Virus record (IMG/VR): IMGVR_UViG_2854395284_000002
Location: 27,638-91,637 of that record
DNA length: 64,000 nt
DNA from: a virus
Taxonomy: Duplodnaviria > Heunggongvirae > Uroviricota > Caudoviricetes
Strand: one strand, 5' to 3'
The notes beneath the pieces were generated by a model, which was not told the DNA's origin, searched no databases, and saw only the letters and a program-made list of their open reading frames with translations. Positions 56,385 to 64,000 of this stretch are shown here, in pieces (position 1 is the first letter of the stretch; the number at the start of each line of letters is the position of its first letter). A program made the translations under genes and the position numbers.

Positions 56385-56449
56385 AACATCACGTATAATC
56401 CAATTATCTTAGATGGTAATTGGATTTTTCCTTTCTCCCAGTTAACACT

Positions 56450-57890
56450 GGGTATTTATTTCCATCTCTGATATATTTTGAAAAGGCACTGTGGATCTGT
56501 ATCTATAACTTTACAGCTTTGACTGGTATGAGGTGACTCAGACCACAGCTTTTCGTCTATTACTGTTAATCAGTTTGTTAACGCATCGACGTTTTTATTT
56601 ACGTGATTACACAGCCGAATTCTCTGTGGAAGACAGCAGTGCTCAAAATATTTATCAGGAGGTATAAACCTATGTCAATGTACTTTATTGGAATTGATAT
56701 TTCCAAGTACAAACATGATTGCTGCATCATTTCTGCAGCTGATCAAAAAGTAGTTTCTAAAGTCACAATCAAAAACAATAAAGCCGGCTTTAATGAACTG
56801 CTTACAATCATTCATTCTCTCGCAAATCCTGCAGACATAAGAATAGGGTTTGAATCAACTGCCCATTATGCTCTCAATCTTGAACTCTTCCTTGAAAATT
56901 CTCTCCTAACCTTCATGGAAGTAAATCCTGTTCTCATCAGTGAATACAAGAAATCAAAAACACTTAGGCGTACAAAAACCGACTCTGTTGACTGCGAATC
57001 AATAGCTCGTTGGTTAATGACTGTTGAATACAAACCCCATTCAAAAGGATTTTACCACGCTTACTCTTTAAAGTCATTAACTCGTTTACGCGATAAACTT
57101 ATCCGACAGCGTTCTTTCTATCTTATTAAAATCACAAATGTGTTAGATCATACATTCCCTGAGTTTAAACCATTCTTTAATGAACGCTTATCCAAAACTG
57201 CTCTTTATCTGCTTGAAAACTATGGTTCTGCTGAAAAGATGGCTCGTATGAACTCAGCCTCTTATGAAAAGCTACGTTCCTTATCCCGGGGGAAGTTTTC
57301 ACCACAGCAATTTCTACGACTAAAAGAACTTGCTGCCAATACTGTTGGTGTAAATAACTCTATTTTTGATGTAGAGCTGAACAGTCTTTTATCTTTATAC
57401 AAATCCCTTGTAAAAGAGATTAATACCATTGAAAAAGAAATCAACAAACTAATTGAAGAAGTACATCCTCACTATATGTCAGTTCCTGGAATCGGACCAT
57501 TATCAGCAGCTGTAATCTATTCTGAATACGGCGATATATCTAACTTCACTAATCCAGGACAAATGCTTGCATTTGCTGGAATAGAACCAGGAATCAACGA
57601 ATCTGGTACTGAATCTCACGGAGGTAAGATGGTTAAGCGTGGATCATCCCAGCTCCGCTACACACTTATCAATTGTTGTCTACCGTTAATCCGCTTTGAC
57701 ATGACATTTGCAACTTACTATGCCAAGAAACGCGGAGAAGGCAAACCACATCGAGTAGCCATTACTCATGTAGCCAAAAAGCTTATTAGAGTCATCTACG
57801 CATTGGAGAGGCAAGATATCGACTTTAATGCACAGAAACTTCGTTAATCTCTAGTGGATTAATACTAATTTCTCCCATCTGAAATACGAT
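56450..57890 (+). mobile_element. IS110-family insertion sequence, copy 2 (IS110-group layout; boundaries approximate)
   Basis: Higher-GC block of about 1.4 kb. Roughly 220-nt 5' non-coding region, then the transposase. Palindrome CCATCTGAAATACGATGTATTCAGATGG right after the stop. TTTCTCCCA occurs at both flanks. Confidence 0.55.
56672..57847 (+). CDS. IS110-family transposase/recombinase
   Basis: Start MSMYFIGIDISKYKHDCC with RBS AGGAGG (the listed ORF begins at an upstream GTG, 56603). Typical IS110 N-terminal GIDISK and C-terminal domain. Confidence 0.8.
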   Translation: MSMYFIGIDISKYKHDCCIISAADQKVVSKVTIKNNKAGFNELLTIIHSLANPADIRIGFESTAHYALNLELFLENSLLTFMEVNPVLISEYKKSKTLRRTKTDSVDCESIARWLMTVEYKPHSKGFYHAYSLKSLTRLRDKLIRQRSFYLIKITNVLDHTFPEFKPFFNERLSKTALYLLENYGSAEKMARMNSASYEKLRSLSRGKFSPQQFLRLKELAANTVGVNNSIFDVELNSLLSLYKSLVKEINTIEKEINKLIEEVHPHYMSVPGIGPLSAAVIYSEYGDISNFTNPGQMLAFAGIEPGINESGTESHGGKMVKRGSSQLRYTLINCCLPLIRFDMTFATYYAKKRGEGKPHRVAITHVAKKLIRVIYALERQDIDFNAQKLR

Positions 57891-57982
57891 GTATTCAGAT
57901 GGCTTATTAAAGTTACCCATTTTTACAATTCAAAAAAATTTCAAAATTCTCTTGACTGTTTATAGTTTGTCACCTCGATCTT

Positions 57983-58249
57983 TCATAACTTTCTTCCGCA
58001 CTTAGGGCAGTAGTTAATATTTGCAACTGCTTCACTTTCTCCACCTGCGTATAACCCAAATTTATTTGTTTTAGAATTCCACAACATGGACAAACGTGTA
58101 TAATCGTCTTCTTCTATTGGTTGTTCCATATCAAAGGCTGCGTCTCCATAATATTCTTCTTTGTATAGTTCTGTATTGCACCATTTACATTTATCCATTA
58201 AATACCTCCTGAAACTTAGATTTCCTCGTATCCTAAAACTTTTAGACAA
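57983..58249 (-). CDS. zinc-ribbon protein
   Basis: 88 aa. CKWCN...YCPKCGRKL. Confidence 0.4.
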   Translation of the reverse strand: MSKSFRIRGNLSFRRYLMDKCKWCNTELYKEEYYGDAAFDMEQPIEEDDYTRLSMLWNSKTNKFGLYAGGESEAVANINYCPKCGRKL

Positions 58250-58449
58250 TGTATAAATCCATCAATTTCATCTTCTTGAACCATTTCTTTTTGTTCATAT
58301 CCATCATCATTTATATAAACTGTATAATAATCGCAAATTTTCATTCCAATATAAAAAGTTTGTTCCATATCAACTATTCCTTCCGTAGTAAACCTAGATT
58401 TCCTCTTGTTTTTTACAAATTTTATCCAACGATTCATATATTTTTCCAT
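58216..58449 (-). CDS. hypothetical protein
   Basis: 77 aa ORF. Confidence 0.35.
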   Translation of the reverse strand: MEKYMNRWIKFVKNKRKSRFTTEGIVDMEQTFYIGMKICDYYTVYINDDGYEQKEMVQEDEIDGFIHCLKVLGYEEI

Positions 58450-58795
58450 TAATATATATGTTTTCAGTAATCATTTTCAAGATTTGTTTTGCTTCGTCTA
58501 AAGTATTTATTTTGTCAATTGCATCTGGCTTATTTTTTATTATCTGTTTGTATAAACCATATATATTGTTTTTATTATTCCAATCGGCAGAATATCCACC
58601 TAAAATATTTATATTTCGTATTCCAATTTGTTCATTAACTCTTACTTGTTCTTTTCTTTCGATATTCCATATAGAATACCCTTTTTCTCTAAACATTTCT
58701 ATTACCTTAACAATATCATCCGATACACAAGTACCGCTAAATAATGAGCCGTCCATTTGAAAAACTCCATATACGCTATATTTATGCTTTGTCAT
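58394..58795 (-). CDS. hypothetical protein
   Basis: 133 aa ORF. Confidence 0.4.
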   Translation of the reverse strand: MTKHKYSVYGVFQMDGSLFSGTCVSDDIVKVIEMFREKGYSIWNIERKEQVRVNEQIGIRNINILGGYSADWNNKNNIYGLYKQIIKNKPDAIDKINTLDEAKQILKMITENIYINGKIYESLDKICKKQEEI

Positions 58796-58839
58796 TTTTA
58801 ATTATCCTTTCCGTCCAAAGAAAACTTGGTTTCATTTTA

Positions 58840-59061
58840 TTATTCTTCAAATTTTCTGTTATTTATAATGTCATATTTTCCATAATTTTGTTCAATTCCA
58901 TTCCATAAAAATGTAAGTTTTCCATCTGGATATAGACTTATACAAGTATTCGTAACTAGATCTGGATTTTCTTTTGAATGATAATACATTCCACCTTTTT
59001 CATGTTCGTACATTTGTACATATGTATAACCGTCCAAATATATTTCTTTTGGATATTTCAT
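58840..59061 (-). CDS. hypothetical protein
   Basis: 73 aa ORF. Confidence 0.4.
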   Translation of the reverse strand: MKYPKEIYLDGYTYVQMYEHEKGGMYYHSKENPDLVTNTCISLYPDGKLTFLWNGIEQNYGKYDIINNRKFEE

Positions 59062-59139
59062 ATAATCACCTCAATATTATATTCTCCATTATGACGAAAA
59101 TGGGACTGTCTTTGTAACAATCCCATTTCTCTTTTAAAA

Positions 59140-59322
59140 CTATCGTTTGCATTCCATACAAACGTCTTTTCCATCATAATCATCAGGTCGCTCATAATGT
59201 CCAGGAAAACAATGCACACAACTATAACATGATTGATCCCATCCCATTGGACATTTCTTTGTCTCTTTTGCTTCATGCGTATAAATATGTTTTTCTTCAT
59301 AATAACCCATAGTTTTTAACAT
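59140..59322 (-). CDS. hypothetical Cys-rich small protein
   Basis: 60 aa with 7 Cys. Confidence 0.35.
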   Translation of the reverse strand: MLKTMGYYEEKHIYTHEAKETKKCPMGWDQSCYSCVHCFPGHYERPDDYDGKDVCMECKR

Positions 59323-59332
59323 ATTATACTTC

Positions 59333-59647
59333 CTATTTTTCCGCTAAATCGTAATCTGAACCATTCACAAATTCTCCATCTGTATTTATGTCACAATATT
59401 CAAGTGCATATTCTTCTACATCAACGCAATCAGGATGCTCGTCATATGTACATTTATATTTTGCCAATTCTGCTTTTGCTTCATTGAGCTGATCGTATGT
59501 CCATCGTTTTAATTCTTCTGGATCAGTATTGGGTCCATAAATACAATCTCCTTCAGAGTAATTTTTGAACTGTTTTTTCGTATAAGATCCTTCAGCATGT
59601 CTTAAAATAATTGTATTATAATATTCTCCCATTCTATTTTCCTCCAA
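59333..59647 (-). CDS. hypothetical protein
   Basis: 104 aa ORF. Confidence 0.4.
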   Translation of the reverse strand: MEENRMGEYYNTIILRHAEGSYTKKQFKNYSEGDCIYGPNTDPEELKRWTYDQLNEAKAELAKYKCTYDEHPDCVDVEEYALEYCDINTDGEFVNGSDYDLAEK

Positions 59648-59701
59648 CTTTTATATAATTATTTATATTATATCATATTCCTCAGCAATAACATAGTTTT
59701 T

Positions 59702-60667
59702 CTATGCAGTTTCACCCAACAAAATTTTTCTAAACAAACTTTCAAATATCGGAACACAAATACTATTGCCAGCCTGTTTATATAATGCCATTCTATATCT
59801 TCCTCGTTTCTGTTGGACAGATGCAGCTGCTTCATAATCCTGATCCGTATATCCCATAAGTCGCCAGCATTCTCTTTCTGTAAGATACCTATACTTTCCG
59901 TTATGTAAGTCAATCACCTGCGCCGGTGTCCGATCCTGGCGAGTAGTGATTGTATAAGCATAATCATTGATAACTGTCGCTCTTCTAATTCCAGTTGCAC
60001 CAATGCATTCCAAAATGCTAGGCTGTGTCACTTCATATACTGGGTCAACTTTCTTTTCCAGAAAGCTATGTATATCTCTCATCGGCATCCGGATTAGATC
60101 AGAAAAATCAAATTTCTTTCCGTCCAAACAGCTTACTGTAAAGTAGCGTTCCCTTGCTTGTGGAAGACCAAATTCTCTTGCGTCTAATAGTTCATATGTA
60201 CTTGTATATCCAAGTTTACTTAATTCTTCCATATATCTGTCGTGATTATGTACCATATATTTACTTCTGACATTTTTAACATTTTCCCAAATCACATATT
60301 TTGGTTTCCATTCTCCCATCTGTTTAATAATATTAATTGTTTCCCACATAAGACTCGATCTTGTTCCAGACCCTTCTTCTGCGCCAGCTCCATGATTTAT
60401 TCTTCCATTTCTGGTAGCTGTGCCTTGATGTCCAGCAACAGACATATCATTGCAAGGAGAACCATGTATCAGAATATCTGGACGAAGATTGTATCCGACC
60501 ACTGTTTGCGTTTTATACGGAAGATCTTTTGCGAACATTGCATTATATGATCTGACTGCTGCTTCGTCAATCTCGACATAATCAATTGATTTAACAGGAA
60601 TACCGATATTCCGTAATGCGCACCGTGGGCTTCCAATTCCACCGAATAGTTCTAAAATTTGTACCAT
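59702..60667 (-). CDS. DNA (cytosine-5)-methyltransferase
   Basis: 321 aa. Motif I ELFGGIGSPR, motif IV IHGSPCNDMSVAG, motif VI YVIWENVKNV. Confidence 0.75.
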   Translation of the reverse strand: MVQILELFGGIGSPRCALRNIGIPVKSIDYVEIDEAAVRSYNAMFAKDLPYKTQTVVGYNLRPDILIHGSPCNDMSVAGHQGTATRNGRINHGAGAEEGSGTRSSLMWETINIIKQMGEWKPKYVIWENVKNVRSKYMVHNHDRYMEELSKLGYTSTYELLDAREFGLPQARERYFTVSCLDGKKFDFSDLIRMPMRDIHSFLEKKVDPVYEVTQPSILECIGATGIRRATVINDYAYTITTRQDRTPAQVIDLHNGKYRYLTERECWRLMGYTDQDYEAAASVQQKRGRYRMALYKQAGNSICVPIFESLFRKILLGETA

Positions 60668-60724
60668 AATAATTTCCTTTCTTATATGAGGCGGTAAACA
60701 GGAAGTCTACCGCCTCGTTGATGA

Positions 60725-61765
60725 TTAGATAATATTTTTCATGATTTCTACAGATTCTTTTTGTGCTTTTTCTTCCATTCCTCTTACATATAACAGCGTT
60801 GTATTAATTGATGCATGATGTAAATTTTTCTGTACAAGCACAATATCACCCGTTGCGTTGTACAATGTAGTACCATATGTTGCCCTTAGTTTATGTGGAC
60901 TAATTGTTTTTCCTTTTATATTACAAGCATATTTTTTTGTAATATCTGAAATTGCACTTGTTGACAATCTCTTTCCGGTTTTCCCAAGAAATAGAGCAGG
61001 TGTATCGCGTACTGTTACAAGTTGATCTCTGTATGCCAACCATTTCTGCAATTCATCTAAAACTTTTGGAATTAAAATGAATGTATGAACTTTCTTTCCC
61101 TTATCTGTTACAATCAGAGTTCCTTTATCCATATTTAAGTTCTCTATATCCATATTGGATAATGCTGCACAACGTACACCTGTAGAAAGGAAAAGTTTTA
61201 TAACTGCAATATCCCTTTGTGACCAAATGGCTGATGGTTTCCTTGTTTTCCCTGTTAGCTTATGGTCTACATTATAAAGATACGTTTGTGTTTCTTCTGG
61301 AGTCAAATAACTCTTTTCTCTTCTTTCTATTGTTCTCTGTTGCTCTCTCTTTTTTGGCTTCGTAATTTCTTCCATATAATTTTTCGAAAAAATTTTATAT
61401 GCAAACATACATTTTGAAAAAAGTTTTAGTGCAGAATAAACTGCAATTTGATAAGAAGAAACTGTTTCTAATCCATTGTCTTTATCTTGTATTTTTGCCA
61501 TATAGGATACAAAATCTCTCAGTTCAAGATCTTCTTCTTTTTCTTTTCCTGTGAACTGTAGAAATTTTAATACATCACACATGTAAACATATTTTGTCTT
61601 TTCTGATAAATCATGCATATATAAAAGGAAGTCTTGTAGATTCTTAGACTTCCCTTTCATAATGTTTTCGATTTTTCGTTTATATTTAAGTTTTTCTTCC
61701 TCTAAGCCTGTCTGGACTTTTTCATTCATTTTATTCCTCCAATTATAAATCGGCAATCGCAGCAA
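60725..61765 (-). CDS. tyrosine site-specific recombinase/integrase
   Basis: 346 aa. C-terminal catalytic region ISPHKLRATYGTTLYNATGD...LHHASINTTLLYV shows the R...HxxR...Y pattern of XerC/D-type integrases. Confidence 0.75.
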   Translation of the reverse strand: MLRLPIYNWRNKMNEKVQTGLEEEKLKYKRKIENIMKGKSKNLQDFLLYMHDLSEKTKYVYMCDVLKFLQFTGKEKEEDLELRDFVSYMAKIQDKDNGLETVSSYQIAVYSALKLFSKCMFAYKIFSKNYMEEITKPKKREQQRTIERREKSYLTPEETQTYLYNVDHKLTGKTRKPSAIWSQRDIAVIKLFLSTGVRCAALSNMDIENLNMDKGTLIVTDKGKKVHTFILIPKVLDELQKWLAYRDQLVTVRDTPALFLGKTGKRLSTSAISDITKKYACNIKGKTISPHKLRATYGTTLYNATGDIVLVQKNLHHASINTTLLYVRGMEEKAQKESVEIMKNII

Positions 61766-61858
61766 TAATTATAATAATAATGACCCCAATTGCAACAAAT
61801 GTTCCATAGTATCCCACGGCATATTCAAGTGACATAATATCTTCCTCCTAAAATTTAA

Positions 61859-62197
61859 CTACTCAAAAATGTATGACGGAAACATCAGCTCTAACTCCTC
61901 TTTTGAAATTTCCATATTTTTGTTTTGGCTTTTAAATTCTTCATCGAATTGATGATTTAATTTCAAAACATTGTAAGCACTTTCAATCACCCACTCCCTG
62001 ATAAACTCCATATCTGATTCCGACAAATCATATCCATATAGTTCTACATACCTAATCAACTTCTTTCTTATATTTGTTTGTGCTGGGTTCCATTTCTTTT
62101 CCAAATTCTCGAACTTACACACATCCGTTTGACAATATTCCTTGAACGTTTTTCTTTTCATATATTCTCCTTTCTTTGCAACAAAAAACCGGCACAT
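61859..62197 (-). CDS. hypothetical protein
   Basis: 112 aa ORF. Confidence 0.4.
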   Translation of the reverse strand: MCRFFVAKKGEYMKRKTFKEYCQTDVCKFENLEKKWNPAQTNIRKKLIRYVELYGYDLSESDMEFIREWVIESAYNVLKLNHQFDEEFKSQNKNMEISKEELELMFPSYIFE

Positions 62198-62208
62198 TTT
62201 TGTACCGG

Positions 62209-62394
62209 TTAATAACGTTCCTCTTTTTTGATTTTATCCAATTTCTCTTTCTTTTGATTGATGTGTCGGACTTTTGCTCGTGGCCTATATTTATCACAGT
62301 GTTGACAATAATGATGGTGATCTGCTTCTCTCCCCTTACTACATTGTCCTGCGCAAATATAGTATAAACATGGTGTTTCTCTTGTCTTACTCAT
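62209..62394 (-). CDS. small Cys/His-rich protein
   Basis: 61 aa. CLYYICAGQCSKGREADHHHYCQHCDKY. Confidence 0.35.
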   Translation of the reverse strand: MSKTRETPCLYYICAGQCSKGREADHHHYCQHCDKYRPRAKVRHINQKKEKLDKIKKEERY

Positions 62395-62654
62395 CTTTTA
62401 TCTACTCCTATCGGCATGATAATATAACCAGAAATACGGAACCCTCTGGACGCAAGTTCTTTTAAATCTGTTGCAATTCTACCTTCTTTCAATAATTTAT
62501 GCATATTACAATGGATAGTGCCTTTGCTTTTAATTCCAACACCTTTTCCAATCTCGTCATAAGACGGAGCATAACCATGCTCAAAAATGTAGTCTTTGCA
62601 AAATTCATAGATTTTATCTGTTGTGTCCTGTATGTTATCATATTTATTTACCAT
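62391..62654 (-). CDS. LexA-type winged-helix DNA-binding domain protein (repressor-like)
   Basis: 87 aa. GYAPSYDEIGKGVGIKSKGTIHCNMHKLLKEGRI resembles the LexA N-terminal DNA-binding domain (GYPPT..EIA..LG..S...V..HL.AL..KG.I). No peptidase domain. Confidence 0.5.
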   Translation of the reverse strand: MVNKYDNIQDTTDKIYEFCKDYIFEHGYAPSYDEIGKGVGIKSKGTIHCNMHKLLKEGRIATDLKELASRGFRISGYIIMPIGVDKR

Positions 62655-62656
62655 AA

Positions 62657-63193
62657 TTATTCTCCCTTCTTTTTAAAAACATCACTAACCTGCCACGAAA
62701 TCATCTCATTTCCAAGCTCAATAACTCTATCATTGAAATTTTGAACAAAATCCGCTGTAATAACTTTTGCAATATTTACATTGGTTGGTTCTATATCACC
62801 TTCGACCAATGCATTTATAATATCATCTTTTGTCCAGGTAGTGTTCATATCTTTGCATTTTTCTAGTTCAGATATCGAAATTGTTTCTTCGATGGCGTCA
62901 AAATCAATACATCCATAACCAATTCTCTCTCCGTTTTCAGCTAAATATAACATATAAAACATTCCTTCATTTTCGCCATTACCCCGTAACTCATCAATGT
63001 TGTTGCCATATACAATATCAATTAAATTCCCTTCCCATGGATGATCTGCATAAAAGTCACAATCATAACCATCTTCTGCATCGTATCTGTCATCTTCTTC
63101 TGTTACAATCATCATGTACTTCTTATCTGTTCTCATATTCTTTACCTCCACTTTTATATATTGAACCTCTTCTGTCTTATACTTCATAATCAA
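62657..63193 (-). CDS. hypothetical acidic protein
   Basis: 178 aa ORF. Confidence 0.4.
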   Translation of the reverse strand: MIMKYKTEEVQYIKVEVKNMRTDKKYMMIVTEEDDRYDAEDGYDCDFYADHPWEGNLIDIVYGNNIDELRGNGENEGMFYMLYLAENGERIGYGCIDFDAIEETISISELEKCKDMNTTWTKDDIINALVEGDIEPTNVNIAKVITADFVQNFNDRVIELGNEMISWQVSDVFKKKGE

Positions 63194-63503
63194 ACTCGCT
63201 TAGACCGCCACTATCCATTACGTAAGCTTGTGCTGCTTCTGTATACGTTCCATCAAAATTTCCATTTTCAGTATCGTAATCACTAACATGATTTTCAATT
63301 TCAGATTCATAGAACGAAAAAATATTTGTAATTAAATTTTCCATTTCAGTTCTAGGTTCATATCCCTGTTTTCTGATCCATACTGCCATTCGATCATAAT
63401 CACACCATTTCTCTTTCGGATATTGTGAGTAATCCTTTTCCTCTGTCCATCGTCCAAACCAATCAACCATATTTATACCGCCTTTCTGATAATTATTTTT
63501 CAA
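63177..63503 (-). CDS. hypothetical protein
   Basis: 108 aa ORF. Confidence 0.4.
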   Translation of the reverse strand: MKNNYQKGGINMVDWFGRWTEEKDYSQYPKEKWCDYDRMAVWIRKQGYEPRTEMENLITNIFSFYESEIENHVSDYDTENGNFDGTYTEAAQAYVMDSGGLSEFDYEV

Positions 63504-63573
63504 CTTTTTTCATAGCAATTTCAATCCGTGAACCGTCTGGAAGATTCCACATTCTTTTCATATTATTCACCAC

Positions 63574-63792
63574 CTAACAAATTCCGTTTTCTCTAAATTC
63601 TACAAGCAGCCCATACATCCGTCCTTTCTTTTCAAAGAAATCGTTCCAATTAGATAATTCTTCGATCGAATAATTCTGATTGTACATATCTGCTTGCCAT
63701 TCAATTGCTTTATCTCTCCACTTTACTTTTTGTTTTACATAACTTTCATGTCGTGATAACGCTCTATGTTTTGTATAATCTGACTGTCTCAT
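63574..63792 (-). CDS. hypothetical protein
   Basis: 72 aa ORF. Confidence 0.4.
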   Translation of the reverse strand: MRQSDYTKHRALSRHESYVKQKVKWRDKAIEWQADMYNQNYSIEELSNWNDFFEKKGRMYGLLVEFRENGIC

Positions 63793-63847
63793 AATCTATT
63801 CTCCTTTTCTGCAATTAAAAAACAGACAACATATAGTTATCTGTTTC

Positions 63848-64000
63848 TACACATCAAAATTATATTCTGGATAAAGATATTCCAAATTCAAATCTTCCTC
63901 GAACCAGCAATGATCTGAAATATCCGGAATATCTACAATTACATGATCTGAGTGTGTTTCTTTTATTTCTCCATTATGCCATTTACCTGTGTCTGGATCA
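63848..64000 (-). CDS. hypothetical protein, 3' partial (5' end beyond window)
   Basis: Open minus-strand frame ...DPDTGKWHNGEIKETHSDHVIVDIPDISDHCWFEEDLNLEYLYPEYNFDV ending at TAG 63848..63850. Confidence 0.35.

Noticed and set aside
59668-59913. 81-aa ORF overlapping the 3' end of the second C5-MTase gene.
   Set aside because: Fully embedded in a well-supported gene in another frame. Spurious.
1-64000. Alternative genetic code (TGA = Trp, code 4) or stop-codon-recoded phage.
   Set aside because: All other long ORFs are uninterrupted under code 11 and Trp is encoded by TGG throughout. A single TGA does not justify recoding.
1-64000. CRISPR array or other regular direct-repeat array.
   Set aside because: No repeat-spacer periodicity seen. 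The only short direct repeats are the four ATATCTTTA copies at 52092-52185.

Overview
This 64-kb window is AT-rich (about 30% GC). It is almost entirely coding on the minus strand and is densely packed with short, often translationally coupled genes. That architecture, plus the gene content, indicates a large mobile element of phage type, probably a large or jumbo (pro)phage region. It has no virion structural genes.

The left end (1-7.4 kb) is a DNA replication and recombination module. It runs: partial PolIII-alpha PHP domain, RecJ-like DHH exonuclease, TOPRIM primase, DnaB-type helicase, Sak4-like ATPase, SSB-like protein. Two tRNA genes follow at about 10.0-10.3 kb.

The rest is a long run of auxiliary and anti-defence-like genes:
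- a Ter-like stress module: Ca-type P-type ATPase, TerY-like vWA protein, TerD, PspA-like protein
- a GIY-YIG homing endonuclease sitting in the wreck of a Pnk-like P-loop gene
- two orphan C5 cytosine methyltransferases and a Lar-like restriction-alleviation protein
- a metallophosphoesterase, an SPFH (band-7) protein and lipoproteins
- a PurA-family enzyme (possible PurZ), a second vWA protein, and a radical-SAM enzyme with two paralogous partners
- a five-gene NAD+ module: NadE, macro domain, Nampt/Namat-family protein, Prs/Adps-family protein, nicotinamidase-like isochorismatase
- a DUF262 protein with a sigma-70-family factor, and an Tpt1/KptA RNA 2'-phosphotransferase
- a solitary MazF toxin with a divergent XRE regulator
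- a tyrosine recombinase with a LexA-like wHTH protein

Two different IS110-family insertion sequences of higher GC (about 45%) interrupt the array, at roughly 49.96-51.64 kb and 56.45-57.89 kb. Each has a long non-coding end that may encode a bridge RNA.

Other points worth a second look are a gene with an in-frame TGA, an orphan promoter-terminator sRNA candidate on the plus strand, and a shared N-terminal motif between the TerD and vWA proteins.

All calls come from reading motifs in the supplied translations and sequence. No database searches were run. Coordinates I derived by hand may be off by 1-2 nt.
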